From contig CAWBEI010000005.1 in the NCBI GenBank assembly GCA_963787835.1, positions 32,001 through 96,000 on the forward strand: a DNA stretch of 64,000 bases, given 5' to 3'. Positions within the stretch are counted from its first letter, which is position 1, and every line of letters begins with the position of its first letter. A program made the position numbers and the translations under genes. The notes under the pieces were generated by a model. It was not told the origin of the DNA, did no database searches, and saw nothing but the letters and a program-made list of their open reading frames with translations. Shown here piece after piece: positions 39,960 through 49,430 of the stretch. Origin of the DNA: Ignavibacteriota bacterium (GTDB lineage Bacteria > Bacteroidota > Ignavibacteria > Palsa-1295).

Positions 39960-40142
39960 GATGTGAGAAGCTTTGTTCAGCTTAAGGTGAGAATTATAGT
40001 TTAGTTTGCCAAATCGTTAACATACATAATACCATGCCAGTTCTCCAATTGCTCAATATGGCCAAATTTAGGCATGTGGATAACTTTCTATGTCCGATTA
40101 TGAGAATTTGAATGCGCCTCTCGTCTCAAAAACAGACATACT

Positions 40143-41549
40143 TTAATGAAAGACCTGAACCTTCAGATAACCAGTTTGGCTGCGTATGACATATATTCCG
40201 TTGTGTAGATCATGTACGTCAAAACTCCAATAGCCGTTCAACCATTGTGCATCGCCAGCTTTTCTGCCAAGTTCATCGTAAAGCGACGCGTCCTGAGATC
40301 CGGCCACGAGATAAAGGTAATTCGAGGCAGGATTTGGAAAGGCCGTTAATGAAGAGTTATCAATTGATTGCCGAGACACCTGCAATTGGTCCAGCGTGCT
40401 GCTTCGATAATGAGTTAGAATGGACTGCGCAATTTGCAGCATAGCAGCAGAGTCCGGAGATGATAGCGCTGGCCCCGATGCGGGTTCAACATACATGGCG
40501 TAGTCGAAATAAACAGTGTCACCTGGGATGATCGGAGTTTGACTTAGGCTCGCCATTAGTATTCGCGCATCACCAACAATACTAAGTGCGGTATCGTGGT
40601 GAGGCTCCGTCAAGAATGCATATCGATCTGAGTCGGTGATGGGATCGTCGCCACTATCCCAATATCGCAGGGAAGTGACTTCGGAGTTCGGACGGTCGGA
40701 GCCGCTCTGTCCTTCCAGCACCATGACTCCGAGCAGGGGATCGGTCGTGCTTTGGTCCGTGAAGAAGACCGTTGCATTTACTCCTTCATTCTGGACGCCT
40801 TTCGTTCGGTCGTCATAAGGATAGTTAATGTCTCCATCAACTACGAGTGCGATAACCGGATCGAAGATCGTATCCAGTCCCGAATAGACAACCTGATTTT
40901 CAACCACCACTACATTCTTCAAAAGGCCTTTATTCCAGAAACTCGCGCGGGTACGAACTTCGAGATCGAACGGATCGGTAATGCTATCGGGGTCGGAATC
41001 TTTATAGACCAGGAACATATCCTCGTCACCAACAACGTTCATCGGGCCGGCGGATTCACGAAGCTCGACCGAGTCGATATAGGCGGATCTTCCATTAACA
41101 GTCCTCAACGGCCACGCCGGAGGGACCACATCATCCGAGCGATAGATGCGGTACTTTTCTCGAGCAAGCTGTGACGTATCTGTTGTGGCGCCATCGTAAA
41201 GAATGCTTCCCGGCGCGAACTCCGATTGTGCCGTGTTCGGATTATACGAAAATTCTGCGTGTGGTGAAAGCGAGTCATTCCGGTGACGAATGCCCCCGAA
41301 CCAGAGACCTGCGCCGAACACCACGGTGTCGAATCGTCCCAGTCCAGTCCATAAGCCGCCGGCGCCGGACGGAATTTCATGTAAGGTATCCGTTTGATTG
41401 AACAGGGCGCCGTTATTGTTGAGATACCCGATCCAGTTCCCAGTATCGTTGGAACGGCGCGAGAGTAAGTCTTGAGCACTCGCGGAAGAAATAGTAAGTA
41501 AGAGGGAAGAAGTAAGAAGTAAGAAAAAACGGTTACAATTTGTTCGCAT
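40143..41549 (-). CDS. T9SS-secreted protein of unknown function
   Basis: Signal peptide from MRTNCNRFF; CTD AFPNPAS..YDELGR..LHNGIYVI..KVQVFH. The ORF-track upstream extension overlaps the epimerase and is spurious. Confidence 0.75.
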   Translation of the reverse strand: MRTNCNRFFLLLTSSLLLTISSASAQDLLSRRSNDTGNWIGYLNNNGALFNQTDTLHEIPSGAGGLWTGLGRFDTVVFGAGLWFGGIRHRNDSLSPHAEFSYNPNTAQSEFAPGSILYDGATTDTSQLAREKYRIYRSDDVVPPAWPLRTVNGRSAYIDSVELRESAGPMNVVGDEDMFLVYKDSDPDSITDPFDLEVRTRASFWNKGLLKNVVVVENQVVYSGLDTIFDPVIALVVDGDINYPYDDRTKGVQNEGVNATVFFTDQSTTDPLLGVMVLEGQSGSDRPNSEVTSLRYWDSGDDPITDSDRYAFLTEPHHDTALSIVGDARILMASLSQTPIIPGDTVYFDYAMYVEPASGPALSSPDSAAMLQIAQSILTHYRSSTLDQLQVSRQSIDNSSLTAFPNPASNYLYLVAGSQDASLYDELGRKAGDAQWLNGYWSFDVHDLHNGIYVIRSQTGYLKVQVFH

Positions 41550-41577
41550 ACTTATTATTGCATACCTCTTACTTGAA

Positions 41578-42558
41578 TTACATCCATCCCTGCGCACGGT
41601 ACCATTCGATCGTATCCTTGACGCCATCTTCGAGCGAGACTTTTTGCCGGTAGCCAAGCTCGCGTTTTGCCTTTTCGACACTGGCGGTCCAATGCGTTTG
41701 AACCATGTCGCGGCCCTTTTCCCAATTGAGTACGCTGGGCTTCGAACGGAAGATCGAAAAAAATTCCGAAGTACCGGCGACCGCATAGACCAACGCATGA
41801 GGAAGTTTGATCGTCAGGCCGCGCTTCTTCAAAATTTCCGAGGTTAGATCGTTCACTTCCCGCCAAGTATAATGTTGCTCCGAACCGATAAAATAGGTCT
41901 CGTTCCTCGCCGGTTCCTGCTCGATAGCAAGTAAAACGGCGTCCGCAATATCTGCGGCGTGCGCAAGATTGATCCATTTATCCTGCATACCGATCAACGG
42001 TTTCAGCCCTTTATCGACGGTCTGGAAGAATGTGAGGATGGCTGTATCGCGCGGGCCATAGACAGCGGAAAGCCGAAGGATCGTAACAGGAAAATCCTCA
42101 TGAGCGCGCTCGGCTTCTTCCTCGGCGGCGCGTTTGGATTTTCCATATGTTGTGATCGGGTGGGGCGGCGTGAGTTCGGTCACCGGCTGACCATCCAGCG
42201 ATGGCCCGGCTGCGGTTTGGCTCGAGCAAAATATGAATCGGGAAAGCGTAGGGTTGAACCTCCGTGCGGCTTCGATCACATTCCGAGTCGGAAGAAGATT
42301 CCCATCGTAAAAACCCTCTTTATTCTTGGCGGCGGTAACACCCGCAACATGAACGATCGCATCGACGTGTTCTACGGCTGGTCGAAGCGAATCGATATCC
42401 AGCATATTGCCCGTTACCAGTTCTATGCGCTTATCGTGCAGCCACTTCAGGCTGGAGTTCGCGCGCACGAGCGCCCGAACCTCATGCCCTGCAGCCAGCA
42501 ACCGATCCGCAATGTGCGACCCGACAAAACCAGATGCGCCTGTAACAAGGATTTTCAT
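41578..42558 (-). CDS. NAD-dependent epimerase/dehydratase (extended SDR)
   Basis: KILVTGASGFVG, YGKSK, VYGPRD. Confidence 0.92.
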   Translation of the reverse strand: MKILVTGASGFVGSHIADRLLAAGHEVRALVRANSSLKWLHDKRIELVTGNMLDIDSLRPAVEHVDAIVHVAGVTAAKNKEGFYDGNLLPTRNVIEAARRFNPTLSRFIFCSSQTAAGPSLDGQPVTELTPPHPITTYGKSKRAAEEEAERAHEDFPVTILRLSAVYGPRDTAILTFFQTVDKGLKPLIGMQDKWINLAHAADIADAVLLAIEQEPARNETYFIGSEQHYTWREVNDLTSEILKKRGLTIKLPHALVYAVAGTSEFFSIFRSKPSVLNWEKGRDMVQTHWTASVEKAKRELGYRQKVSLEDGVKDTIEWYRAQGWM

Positions 42559-42827
42559 AAAGAATATGACAAGAATTAGGGTAGGAGAACCAATGAGACG
42601 AAACAAACCCCAATAGAATTCCCCTTACTTCAGCACCTTCTTGTCAAAGGCCGTAATTAGCAACGTTCTGATATGTTGAGGCACATCCGATATCCTGATC
42701 CCGGATCAATATAGGCTACCGTTTTAACAGTTGCTCGGACGAGGTTGCACGACATGATCGTGGATTCGGAATCCTTCACATTGCCAACGAGTTAATTTCG
42801 GTTCTTTCACTTTTAATCGAAAACATC

Positions 42828-43895
42828 ATGAATCGAAGCTCCGTCCTCCCTTTTATTTTCGCAGCACTTTTAATAATGTATTCCAGGTCAGCGATCTCCC
42901 AGATCTCGATCGATAGTGCTGCATACAGCGCCGCTGCTTCTAAACAATACGATGGAATTGTGGTTTATTCGAAGCATGCATCACTTTTTTCAAGCATTCT
43001 CTCGCAGGACGGAGCAGATCGAACGTGGAATTTCGACATCGACACGTTTGTACAGAACGGGGTGGATCCGATCGGTCAGTATCTGAAATATCCGGTATCC
43101 GGTGTTCCGTTCGAAAATGATTCCAATCTTCCATCCTCGACCAATATTATCAAAGAGGTATTGCCTGGTTATGCCGATACAATGTATGAATTCATTCAAT
43201 TGACTGGCGGTGGTGTTTGGTACGTTGCCGATGTTGATATTTCCAGCGGGGTTGCGACGTTGGGAACCGTTGACGATCCGCCCAGGCAGGAACTTCAATT
43301 TCCACTCACATACAGTTCGGCATGGTACAGCACCTACACGGCATACAACAGTAGTAGCGGCGGATGGGAAGTCCATTCGGTTTACGACACTGTAGATGGC
43401 TGGGGAATGCTGCTAACTTCCCCGAATGTCAGTACGCCTGCACTACGTGTTCGACAATCCGACAGCGTGGTTTTCTCTAATGATTTTTCGAGCGGGACGA
43501 GCTATACCATCCGGTTCGTAACTTTGACGGGAATCCAGACACAGATCAATTATGATTCAACAGTCATTTATAGCGTAAGCTCGAACGCTTCAAATTTAGA
43601 TGGAGTGGCACAGCAAACAACATCTCCGACCGAAGGCATCGGCCTCGCATTCTCAAGCAACCCTTCAACGGCAGGTGGAACAACGCTGTTCTACATGCTT
43701 CCGGAGGCGGCCAACGTGCAAATTTCTATCATGGATCTTTTAGGCAGGACAGTGACAACATTTCCGGCCATAAATGCAGTAGCCGGGAAAAACTCGGTCG
43801 TAATTCCTCCCGGAATCCTGTCGGCCGGTTCCTACTTCGTTAGTGTGCGTTGCGGCAGTCAGATGGCCGTGAAAAAGCTTATAGCTACCGAGTAG
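42828..43895 (+). CDS. T9SS-secreted protein
   Basis: Signal peptide; FPLTY, DGWG.L.. pattern; CTD SSNP..MDLLGR..LSAGSYFV..KKLI. Confidence 0.78.
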   Translation: MNRSSVLPFIFAALLIMYSRSAISQISIDSAAYSAAASKQYDGIVVYSKHASLFSSILSQDGADRTWNFDIDTFVQNGVDPIGQYLKYPVSGVPFENDSNLPSSTNIIKEVLPGYADTMYEFIQLTGGGVWYVADVDISSGVATLGTVDDPPRQELQFPLTYSSAWYSTYTAYNSSSGGWEVHSVYDTVDGWGMLLTSPNVSTPALRVRQSDSVVFSNDFSSGTSYTIRFVTLTGIQTQINYDSTVIYSVSSNASNLDGVAQQTTSPTEGIGLAFSSNPSTAGGTTLFYMLPEAANVQISIMDLLGRTVTTFPAINAVAGKNSVVIPPGILSAGSYFVSVRCGSQMAVKKLIATE

Positions 43896-43901
43896 AAGCT
43901 G

Positions 43902-44171
43902 ATGGAACGAATTCATTTTACAGTACGCGGCGAGGTTCACGGCGTGGGCTTTCGATATTTCTGTCAGGTACAAGCCGTGCGAATGGGTCTTACCGGCTTT
44001 GCCAAGAATAGGAGTGACGGCTCCGTTGAGGTAGAAGTGCAAGGCATGCAGGCGGAGATCGAGGAATTTGCACATCTTCTAACCATGGGGCCAAAGCGCG
44101 CACAAGTTAGCAGGATCGAACATGAGGAGCGACCGTTACTATCAGGAGAAACGGCATTTATTATTGGGTGA
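43902..44171 (+). CDS. acyP: Acylphosphatase
   Basis: VRGEVHGVGFR..G.AKN..DGSVEV motif. Confidence 0.9.
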   Translation: MERIHFTVRGEVHGVGFRYFCQVQAVRMGLTGFAKNRSDGSVEVEVQGMQAEIEEFAHLLTMGPKRAQVSRIEHEERPLLSGETAFIIG

Positions 44172-44172
44172 T

Positions 44173-44904
44173 CTAAAAATTCCTCTGAACGATCGCGTGC
44201 ATCATTGCTCGCCAGGAGTCCCAATTATGTCCAAATTCTTCACCCCAGATATCGACCCAATTTGGAATATCTTTTTGTCCCAGTAACTCACCCATTGCAC
44301 GGCTGGCATTCGGGTTCTCTCCCTCGCCTTGACCAGCGACAAGCAGAACTTTTTGTTTTTGGCGTAGCCAGTTAAGCGCCGGGCCGGTAAGATTCACCAG
44401 ATAATCCTGCGGGGAATTAAAATACACATCGTTATCGTAATAGCCGTGGGTATAAGATTTTAGATCGTAGTTGCCGGAAATACCGATCGTTCCTTCGAAG
44501 AGGTCGGGACGCCGAAGAAAGGAATTGACTGCATGAAGCGCACCCAGCGAAATTCCACAGGTGTAAATAACCGGATGAGAGCTGCGCATATTCTGGGCAA
44601 TGAACGGCACTACCTCTTCCGTGATATACCGATTATATTGTTGGTGGCGGATCGACTGTTGCTTTGGAGGGATCTCGGGGTCCAGCCAGCTTTCGTTATC
44701 AACAGAGCCTATCGTAAACACTTTGATCAGACCGGCATCGACGTAGTGGGCAACAGATTCTACAAGGCCGTGCCGTTCACAGCTTAAGTGATCCTCGCCC
44801 TCGAATGGCAATAAAAGAATTCCCGGCCCATAGTGACCATAGACACAGATCTCCATCTGTTTGGCCAGCGAGGCGCTCCTCCATCCATCGTCGTATCTTT
44901 CCAT
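44173..44904 (-). CDS. Putative esterase (alpha/beta hydrolase)
   Basis: YGHYG, GISLG nucleophile elbow, HNWDSW. Confidence 0.85.
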   Translation of the reverse strand: MERYDDGWRSASLAKQMEICVYGHYGPGILLLPFEGEDHLSCERHGLVESVAHYVDAGLIKVFTIGSVDNESWLDPEIPPKQQSIRHQQYNRYITEEVVPFIAQNMRSSHPVIYTCGISLGALHAVNSFLRRPDLFEGTIGISGNYDLKSYTHGYYDNDVYFNSPQDYLVNLTGPALNWLRQKQKVLLVAGQGEGENPNASRAMGELLGQKDIPNWVDIWGEEFGHNWDSWRAMMHAIVQRNF

Positions 44905-44909
44905 GTTTG

Positions 44910-44917
44910 CAAAGATA
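44910..44917 (-). promoter_or_regulatory. Bacteroidota-type -7 promoter element (TAnnTTTG), probably a leaderless mRNA
   Basis: Minus strand TATCTTTG ends 5 nt before the esterase ATG. Confidence 0.55.
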
Positions 44918-45295
44918 CGACAGTTATATCACGTTTGCGCAAGACCTGCAAAAGTGTTTTGGTCGTTTCGTTAAGCTTCTCATGAACAAGGTACTAATTA
45001 ATGAATTGGCCAGTGGTAGCCTCTTCAGAAAAAAAGATGAATGATAATTTTCGAATTTTGGACAGGTATGTAGTTGAAGCCGAATGCCTGAAAATATGAA
45101 GTCAAGAATGTCCCAGCAATTAATGCGAATTAACCCAATATTTCGTTATTTTCGGTCACTTTCTGAATGGTTTTGCGTTACAACTAATGTAGAAAAAGGA
45201 GAAAGACCATGTTCAAGTCAAATACAGGTGAATTTCAACTTTCAACAGTCCGTGATCAACGATCACACTTTTTGCATGATTATTCGACACACACT

Positions 45296-46429
45296 ATGAA
45301 AGCGGCCCATTTATTTGCAGCAATTTTTATGATGGCGGCGTCCCTCACGTTGGCTGGTTGTTACACTCAACTCGCAAATACGGATGGGGGATATGCTTAT
45401 ACCGGCAGGGTCTATCACGCACCGCGCCCACTCTATTCCGATACCGTGAATGCCAAGCCGACAGCGGTACGCTACGATACGACCATGCACGGCGATACCA
45501 TGTTCATCGACGAGCACCCGCTCGAGGCGCCAACCGCTATGGACACCAATTCTTCCGGCGGCGGTGAGGAGATCGTCAATAATTATTATGGTGAACCGAC
45601 CTATTTCGGTGGAGTTGCTATTGGGTTTGGCTGGCCATATCATTCCTGGTACAGCCCGTGGTATCCCTACTTCTACGACTGGGATTATGGCTGGGGGTAT
45701 CCGGGATTTTATCCTCCCTATTACGATGCATATTGGGGTGGTTACCCGTACTTGGGGTTCGGTTTTTATGGTGGATTTGGATGGTATGGTCATGGATATG
45801 GCCGTGGATATTACGGACGCGGTTATTACGGAGGCAGGGGTTATGGGTATGCCTATAACGGCATTGGCCGGCCGACAATTGATGGTCGCGTTGGCGGGGA
45901 CTATCGTTTAGGTGGCATGGGTTCTCTTGGTGAGCGCCCTTCTGGAATTGCAACGGCGGGCAGAGCCTATAACGGATCAGGTATTAGCAGCATGAGATCA
46001 AACGAGACAGCCGTTTCTGCAGATCGAAATGCCCCTGTGCACGTCACTGGGCCCGAAGCCAATAGTGCAATGGCACGGGAAGCTTCTCCTTCCAGTACTG
46101 TTGCTTCGGCCTCACATCCGATCATTGTGCGACGTTCCGATGGACAAACAGTCACCTCTGCAAATGTTGGAGGACGACAGATGACGGTTGTTCGCAGGGG
46201 TAGTAGCTCTAATGGTAACTATGGTGGTTCGCGCAGCTACGGCGGTTCACGCGGATATGGTTCATACGGGCGCGGAGGTGGATACCGCGCATCCGGCGGT
46301 GGGCGTGGATATGGCGGTGGTTATTCCTCCGGCCGGGCATCCTCATCCGGTGGTGGTGGAAGAAGCGGTGGCGGAGGTGGTTCGAGCCATTCTTCAGGCG
46401 GCGGCGGCGGAGGCGGACACGCGCGATAG
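45296..46429 (+). CDS. Lipoprotein with Tyr/Trp/Gly-rich and Gly/Ser/Arg-rich low-complexity regions
   Basis: Lipobox LAGC-YT; G/Y repeats and an RGG tail; directly upstream of a FadL-like porin. Confidence 0.75.
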   Translation: MKAAHLFAAIFMMAASLTLAGCYTQLANTDGGYAYTGRVYHAPRPLYSDTVNAKPTAVRYDTTMHGDTMFIDEHPLEAPTAMDTNSSGGGEEIVNNYYGEPTYFGGVAIGFGWPYHSWYSPWYPYFYDWDYGWGYPGFYPPYYDAYWGGYPYLGFGFYGGFGWYGHGYGRGYYGRGYYGGRGYGYAYNGIGRPTIDGRVGGDYRLGGMGSLGERPSGIATAGRAYNGSGISSMRSNETAVSADRNAPVHVTGPEANSAMAREASPSSTVASASHPIIVRRSDGQTVTSANVGGRQMTVVRRGSSSNGNYGGSRSYGGSRGYGSYGRGGGYRASGGGRGYGGGYSSGRASSSGGGGRSGGGGGSSHSSGGGGGGGHAR

Positions 46430-46500
46430 CGCATCTCGTGTGCATCATGTTGCATTAGCATTTTACCGTCACTATTTTTCATAGTTAACACTCCTCAACT

Positions 46501-48012
46501 ATGTCACGCATAAAATACCTACTTCTCACAGCGATGTTCTTCGCGCCGAGCGTACTCCGCGCACAGATCAATGAGGGCGTTCTGCTTTCCACACAGCCAT
46601 TGCCGAGCGATTCACGCGGTGCTGCCATGGGCGGTAACCTTATTTCCGCAGCGGACGGCATCGACGCACTCGATTACAATCCCGCCGCGCTTGCGCCGAT
46701 CGCGTCGCGTATTTTTACCATCGGGCTTTTTAATCGAGATCACAGCTCGGACGCCCAATTTCTCGGTTCTTCCTCCAATTCCGAATTCGACCAGGCTTCA
46801 CTTTCTTCTGTAGGAATTGCCGCGCCATTTCCAGCATCGCGAGGCCATATCGCGATGGGAATTTCGTTCGACCGCGTCCGGGATTATAATTCGGCCTATA
46901 GCTTCAGTGCGGTCAATCCGAATTCTTCCTACTTCAATACCCAGGGGTTCTTAACGCAGGGCGGATACTTCCCACTCACAGGATTTGGGTACCATAATAA
47001 TAACGAGTATTTAGCGAACAGCAATCTTGCTTATGGTCTTGGGTTGACGTACGGGGTTCCTGATACGGGGGCGTTCTCGCTTTCGACTCCCATTACGAAA
47101 GGGATGCAGCAATCCGGGAATGTTACTACCGAAGGAGGATTGAATGCTGTTCGCATCGGTGGCGGCGTGGATATTGCACCGGGTGTCTCGCTCGGCGCTA
47201 CGCTTAATATCCTCTATGGAACTTATGATTTTATCGAAAACTACACGGAAACGAATGTGAACCATATCTCGACCGATACCGGCTCGGAGCCACCTGCGGG
47301 GTTCCAATCTGCGACGATCACGACCACCTTGCATCAAGACCAGACCGGCGCTTCGATGAAATTCGGACTTCTTGTCGATAAGCAGATCGTGAAATTTGGG
47401 CTTACGGTCGAGACTCCACAATGGATGCACATCAACGAAAATTCCCAGCAGTATGGTACATCCGACTTCGGTGCCAACGGATTCTTTAATTCCGATGGAA
47501 TGGGCGGGTTACCGATCTTTGTCGAACAATACGATATTGTGACTCCAATGAAATTCAGCGCGGGCGGTTCTGTTCATCTTGCTGGGTTCACTGGTTCTGC
47601 AAGCGTAGCCTATCAGAATATGGCACAATTGCAATTTACTAATTCCAATGTCGATATGAGTTCCGAAAATAGTTTTGCAAGCGATTCGTTGCGAGGAGTG
47701 CTCTCCTATCAGATCGGTGCGGAGTATGTGATTCCGGGTATCGGCATCACGGTTCGTGGTGGATACAGCTTCGAGCCATCGCCGTATAAAGGAGACCCAA
47801 CGAATTATGGGATCACCGCTATCTCCGGTGGGTTAGGTTTTGCGCTTACAAAATACGTCGATCTTGAAGCGGCAATTCGGCTTTCGACGTATCATACGTT
47901 CCACACGATCTACAATGATGTCACACCGGACGGTACGCCCGTCAGCGCTATCGTCAACGATGACGCCGTCTCCCGCGACGATATTAGTTTGACGTTGAAT
48001 TATAGGTATTGA
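46501..48012 (+). CDS. OmpP1/FadL family outer-membrane beta-barrel
   Basis: Signal peptide; R.AAMGG..A..NPAAL plug motif; GAEY..RGGY...SPY; terminal YRY. Confidence 0.82.
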   Translation: MSRIKYLLLTAMFFAPSVLRAQINEGVLLSTQPLPSDSRGAAMGGNLISAADGIDALDYNPAALAPIASRIFTIGLFNRDHSSDAQFLGSSSNSEFDQASLSSVGIAAPFPASRGHIAMGISFDRVRDYNSAYSFSAVNPNSSYFNTQGFLTQGGYFPLTGFGYHNNNEYLANSNLAYGLGLTYGVPDTGAFSLSTPITKGMQQSGNVTTEGGLNAVRIGGGVDIAPGVSLGATLNILYGTYDFIENYTETNVNHISTDTGSEPPAGFQSATITTTLHQDQTGASMKFGLLVDKQIVKFGLTVETPQWMHINENSQQYGTSDFGANGFFNSDGMGGLPIFVEQYDIVTPMKFSAGGSVHLAGFTGSASVAYQNMAQLQFTNSNVDMSSENSFASDSLRGVLSYQIGAEYVIPGIGITVRGGYSFEPSPYKGDPTNYGITAISGGLGFALTKYVDLEAAIRLSTYHTFHTIYNDVTPDGTPVSAIVNDDAVSRDDISLTLNYRY

Positions 48013-48021
48013 GAATCGATT

Positions 48022-48429
48022 CTATTGATCGATCAAACTTAAAAAAAACGAGGCGGAAATGACCTGAGTGTGTCCGATCTGTTTCGTCTCGCGAAAATCA
48101 CCGTCCCCGCTAATAAAATATTTTGCATTGGAAGCAAGGCAACACCGAACGAATTTTTCATCCGTTGGATCGCGTGGGAACTCTGCTTGGATGTTCGAAT
48201 CGTCGATGAGTGGCAGAATCGAAAAAATCCGGAACATGTCTTCAAGGACATCGGCGCCTAAATGGAATTTCGGCCGGCAAATTACTTCCTCATATTCTTT
48301 GAGGATCTCATCCGTGACAACTCAATCGTAAGAAGGATTTTCGAGGACAGTGGCAATGACTTTTCGAGGTTTTCCTGCTCGAAGCAGCGAAGATACCACG
48401 ATGTTCGTATCGACAACAACGATGGTCAT
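48022..48429 (-). pseudogene. PIN-domain toxin with an in-frame TGA at codon 36
   Basis: MTIVVVDTNIVVS..PSYD*VVTDEILKEYEEV..RDPTDEKF..ISGDGD in one frame; stop at 48322-48324. Confidence 0.85.
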
Positions 48430-48686
48430 TCGCCCCGGCGGTATGCGGCGATTTCTTCGGCGATCTTTGCTTCCGTCAGGGATTGAAAGCCTTCATTGAC
48501 GTCGGCCCGGGCAGCTATGCTTTTGAATAGTTCTGCTGCTCGTTTCTTTTCCTGCCGTCGGCGTTCCTCTATGGATTGTTCCGTTTCGACAACCACGCGC
48601 ACCTTCTCGCCCGGCTTAAACGGAAGCCCACGCAAAACTAACTGTCCGGCGTTTTCGACTGTTGTATGTGTTTGGAATGAATTCAT
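48426..48686 (-). CDS. Putative antitoxin partner of the PIN toxin
   Basis: G.L.L..LPF.PGE.V.V N-terminus, IAEEIAAYR C-terminus; ATGA overlap with the PIN gene. Confidence 0.75.
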   Translation of the reverse strand: MNSFQTHTTVENAGQLVLRGLPFKPGEKVRVVVETEQSIEERRRQEKKRAAELFKSIAARADVNEGFQSLTEAKIAEEIAAYRRGE

Positions 48687-48822
48687 AAATTAGAATACCC
48701 CACCATGCAAACTAAAGTTCGCCCTGTTCAGCGCCAACATTAACAGCGATGCCGTCTCCCGTGACGATATTAGTGTGACGTAGAAATACCGGTATTATTG
48801 CTGCTGTGAACTGTGAGGGAGA

Positions 48823-49113
48823 TTATATTCTTTTTCTCCAATATCCCGGCTTGCGTTTATCGTGTGCGACTGCATCAATTTTGATCGTATCATCTAAGAT
48901 GTGATAGATCAGCGAGTAGGGAAATGAGTGAAATTCCTTCACTCGTTCAGATCCGCGCGTTTTCCTATAACGCTCTGGATGTTTTCCAATTTCGGTGGAA
49001 GCGGCCTCGAATTCTTCAATAAAACGATTCGCTATTAATTTGCTTTCATTAGCATAAAATTCGACGGCCTCGAAGAATTCCGATTGAGCTTCGGGGTGAA
49101 GTGTAACCTTCAC
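48823..49113 (-). CDS. RelE/ParE family toxin
   Basis: HPEA..E..EA..FY, FPYSLIY..I.I.AVAH.KRKPGYW. Confidence 0.9.
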   Translation of the reverse strand: MKVTLHPEAQSEFFEAVEFYANESKLIANRFIEEFEAASTEIGKHPERYRKTRGSERVKEFHSFPYSLIYHILDDTIKIDAVAHDKRKPGYWRKRI

Positions 49114-49334
49114 TTTGAAATTCGAGCGCGAGCTTCTTTCAGCACTTCTTCAACGTCAATACCTTCGACAAGTCCAGCATCCCATTCGGCTTGCCTGCGT
49201 TCTGCCTCATCCAGCCAGGCATTCATGATCTCATCTTCCGGAAGACTCTCATAAATACGGTCAATAAGTCTTAGCCGGTCTTCCGGTGGAAGTTCCAGCA
49301 CTTCTTGGATCACACGATTGACGTCTCTACCCAT
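49110..49334 (-). CDS. Addiction module antitoxin (TIGR02574-like)
   Basis: L.LPPEDR..L...L..AW.DEAERR motif; 4-bp overlap with the toxin. Confidence 0.88.
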   Translation of the reverse strand: MGRDVNRVIQEVLELPPEDRLRLIDRIYESLPEDEIMNAWLDEAERRQAEWDAGLVEGIDVEEVLKEARARISK

Positions 49335-49430
49335 AATGATTTGAACTTTAGGATGCCGGTATAAGTGCCCCCCCCACCGCTCAAACTAAAGTTCGTTCAT
49401 TGACGGTTCTGCGGCAAACAATCGGTCAAT

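Larger units (their letters stand above)
47942..48796 (+). repeat. 69-bp imperfect direct repeat: 3' end of the FadL-like gene (47942-48010) and a relic copy (48728-48796)
   Basis: 55/69 identity by manual alignment; the relic translates SANINSDAVSRDDISVT*KYRY versus SAIVNDDAVSRDDISLTLNYRY. Confidence 0.85.

Noticed and set aside
40075-40083. Perfect DnaA box (TTATCCACA on the minus strand)
   Set aside because: A single box without a cluster or dnaA context is not enough to call oriC.
41550-41798. N-terminal extension of the 551-aa ORF
   Set aside because: It overlaps the epimerase in another frame; the signal peptide starts at 41549.
48322-48324. Selenocysteine or TGA recoding in the PIN gene
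   Set aside because: The position corresponds to a hydrophobic/Trp site rather than Cys, and TGA is a normal stop in this window.
47942-48796. FadL 3' repeat pair as a DGR template/variable repeat
   Set aside because: Mismatches are not confined to adenines (about 5 of 14) and there is no reverse transcriptase.
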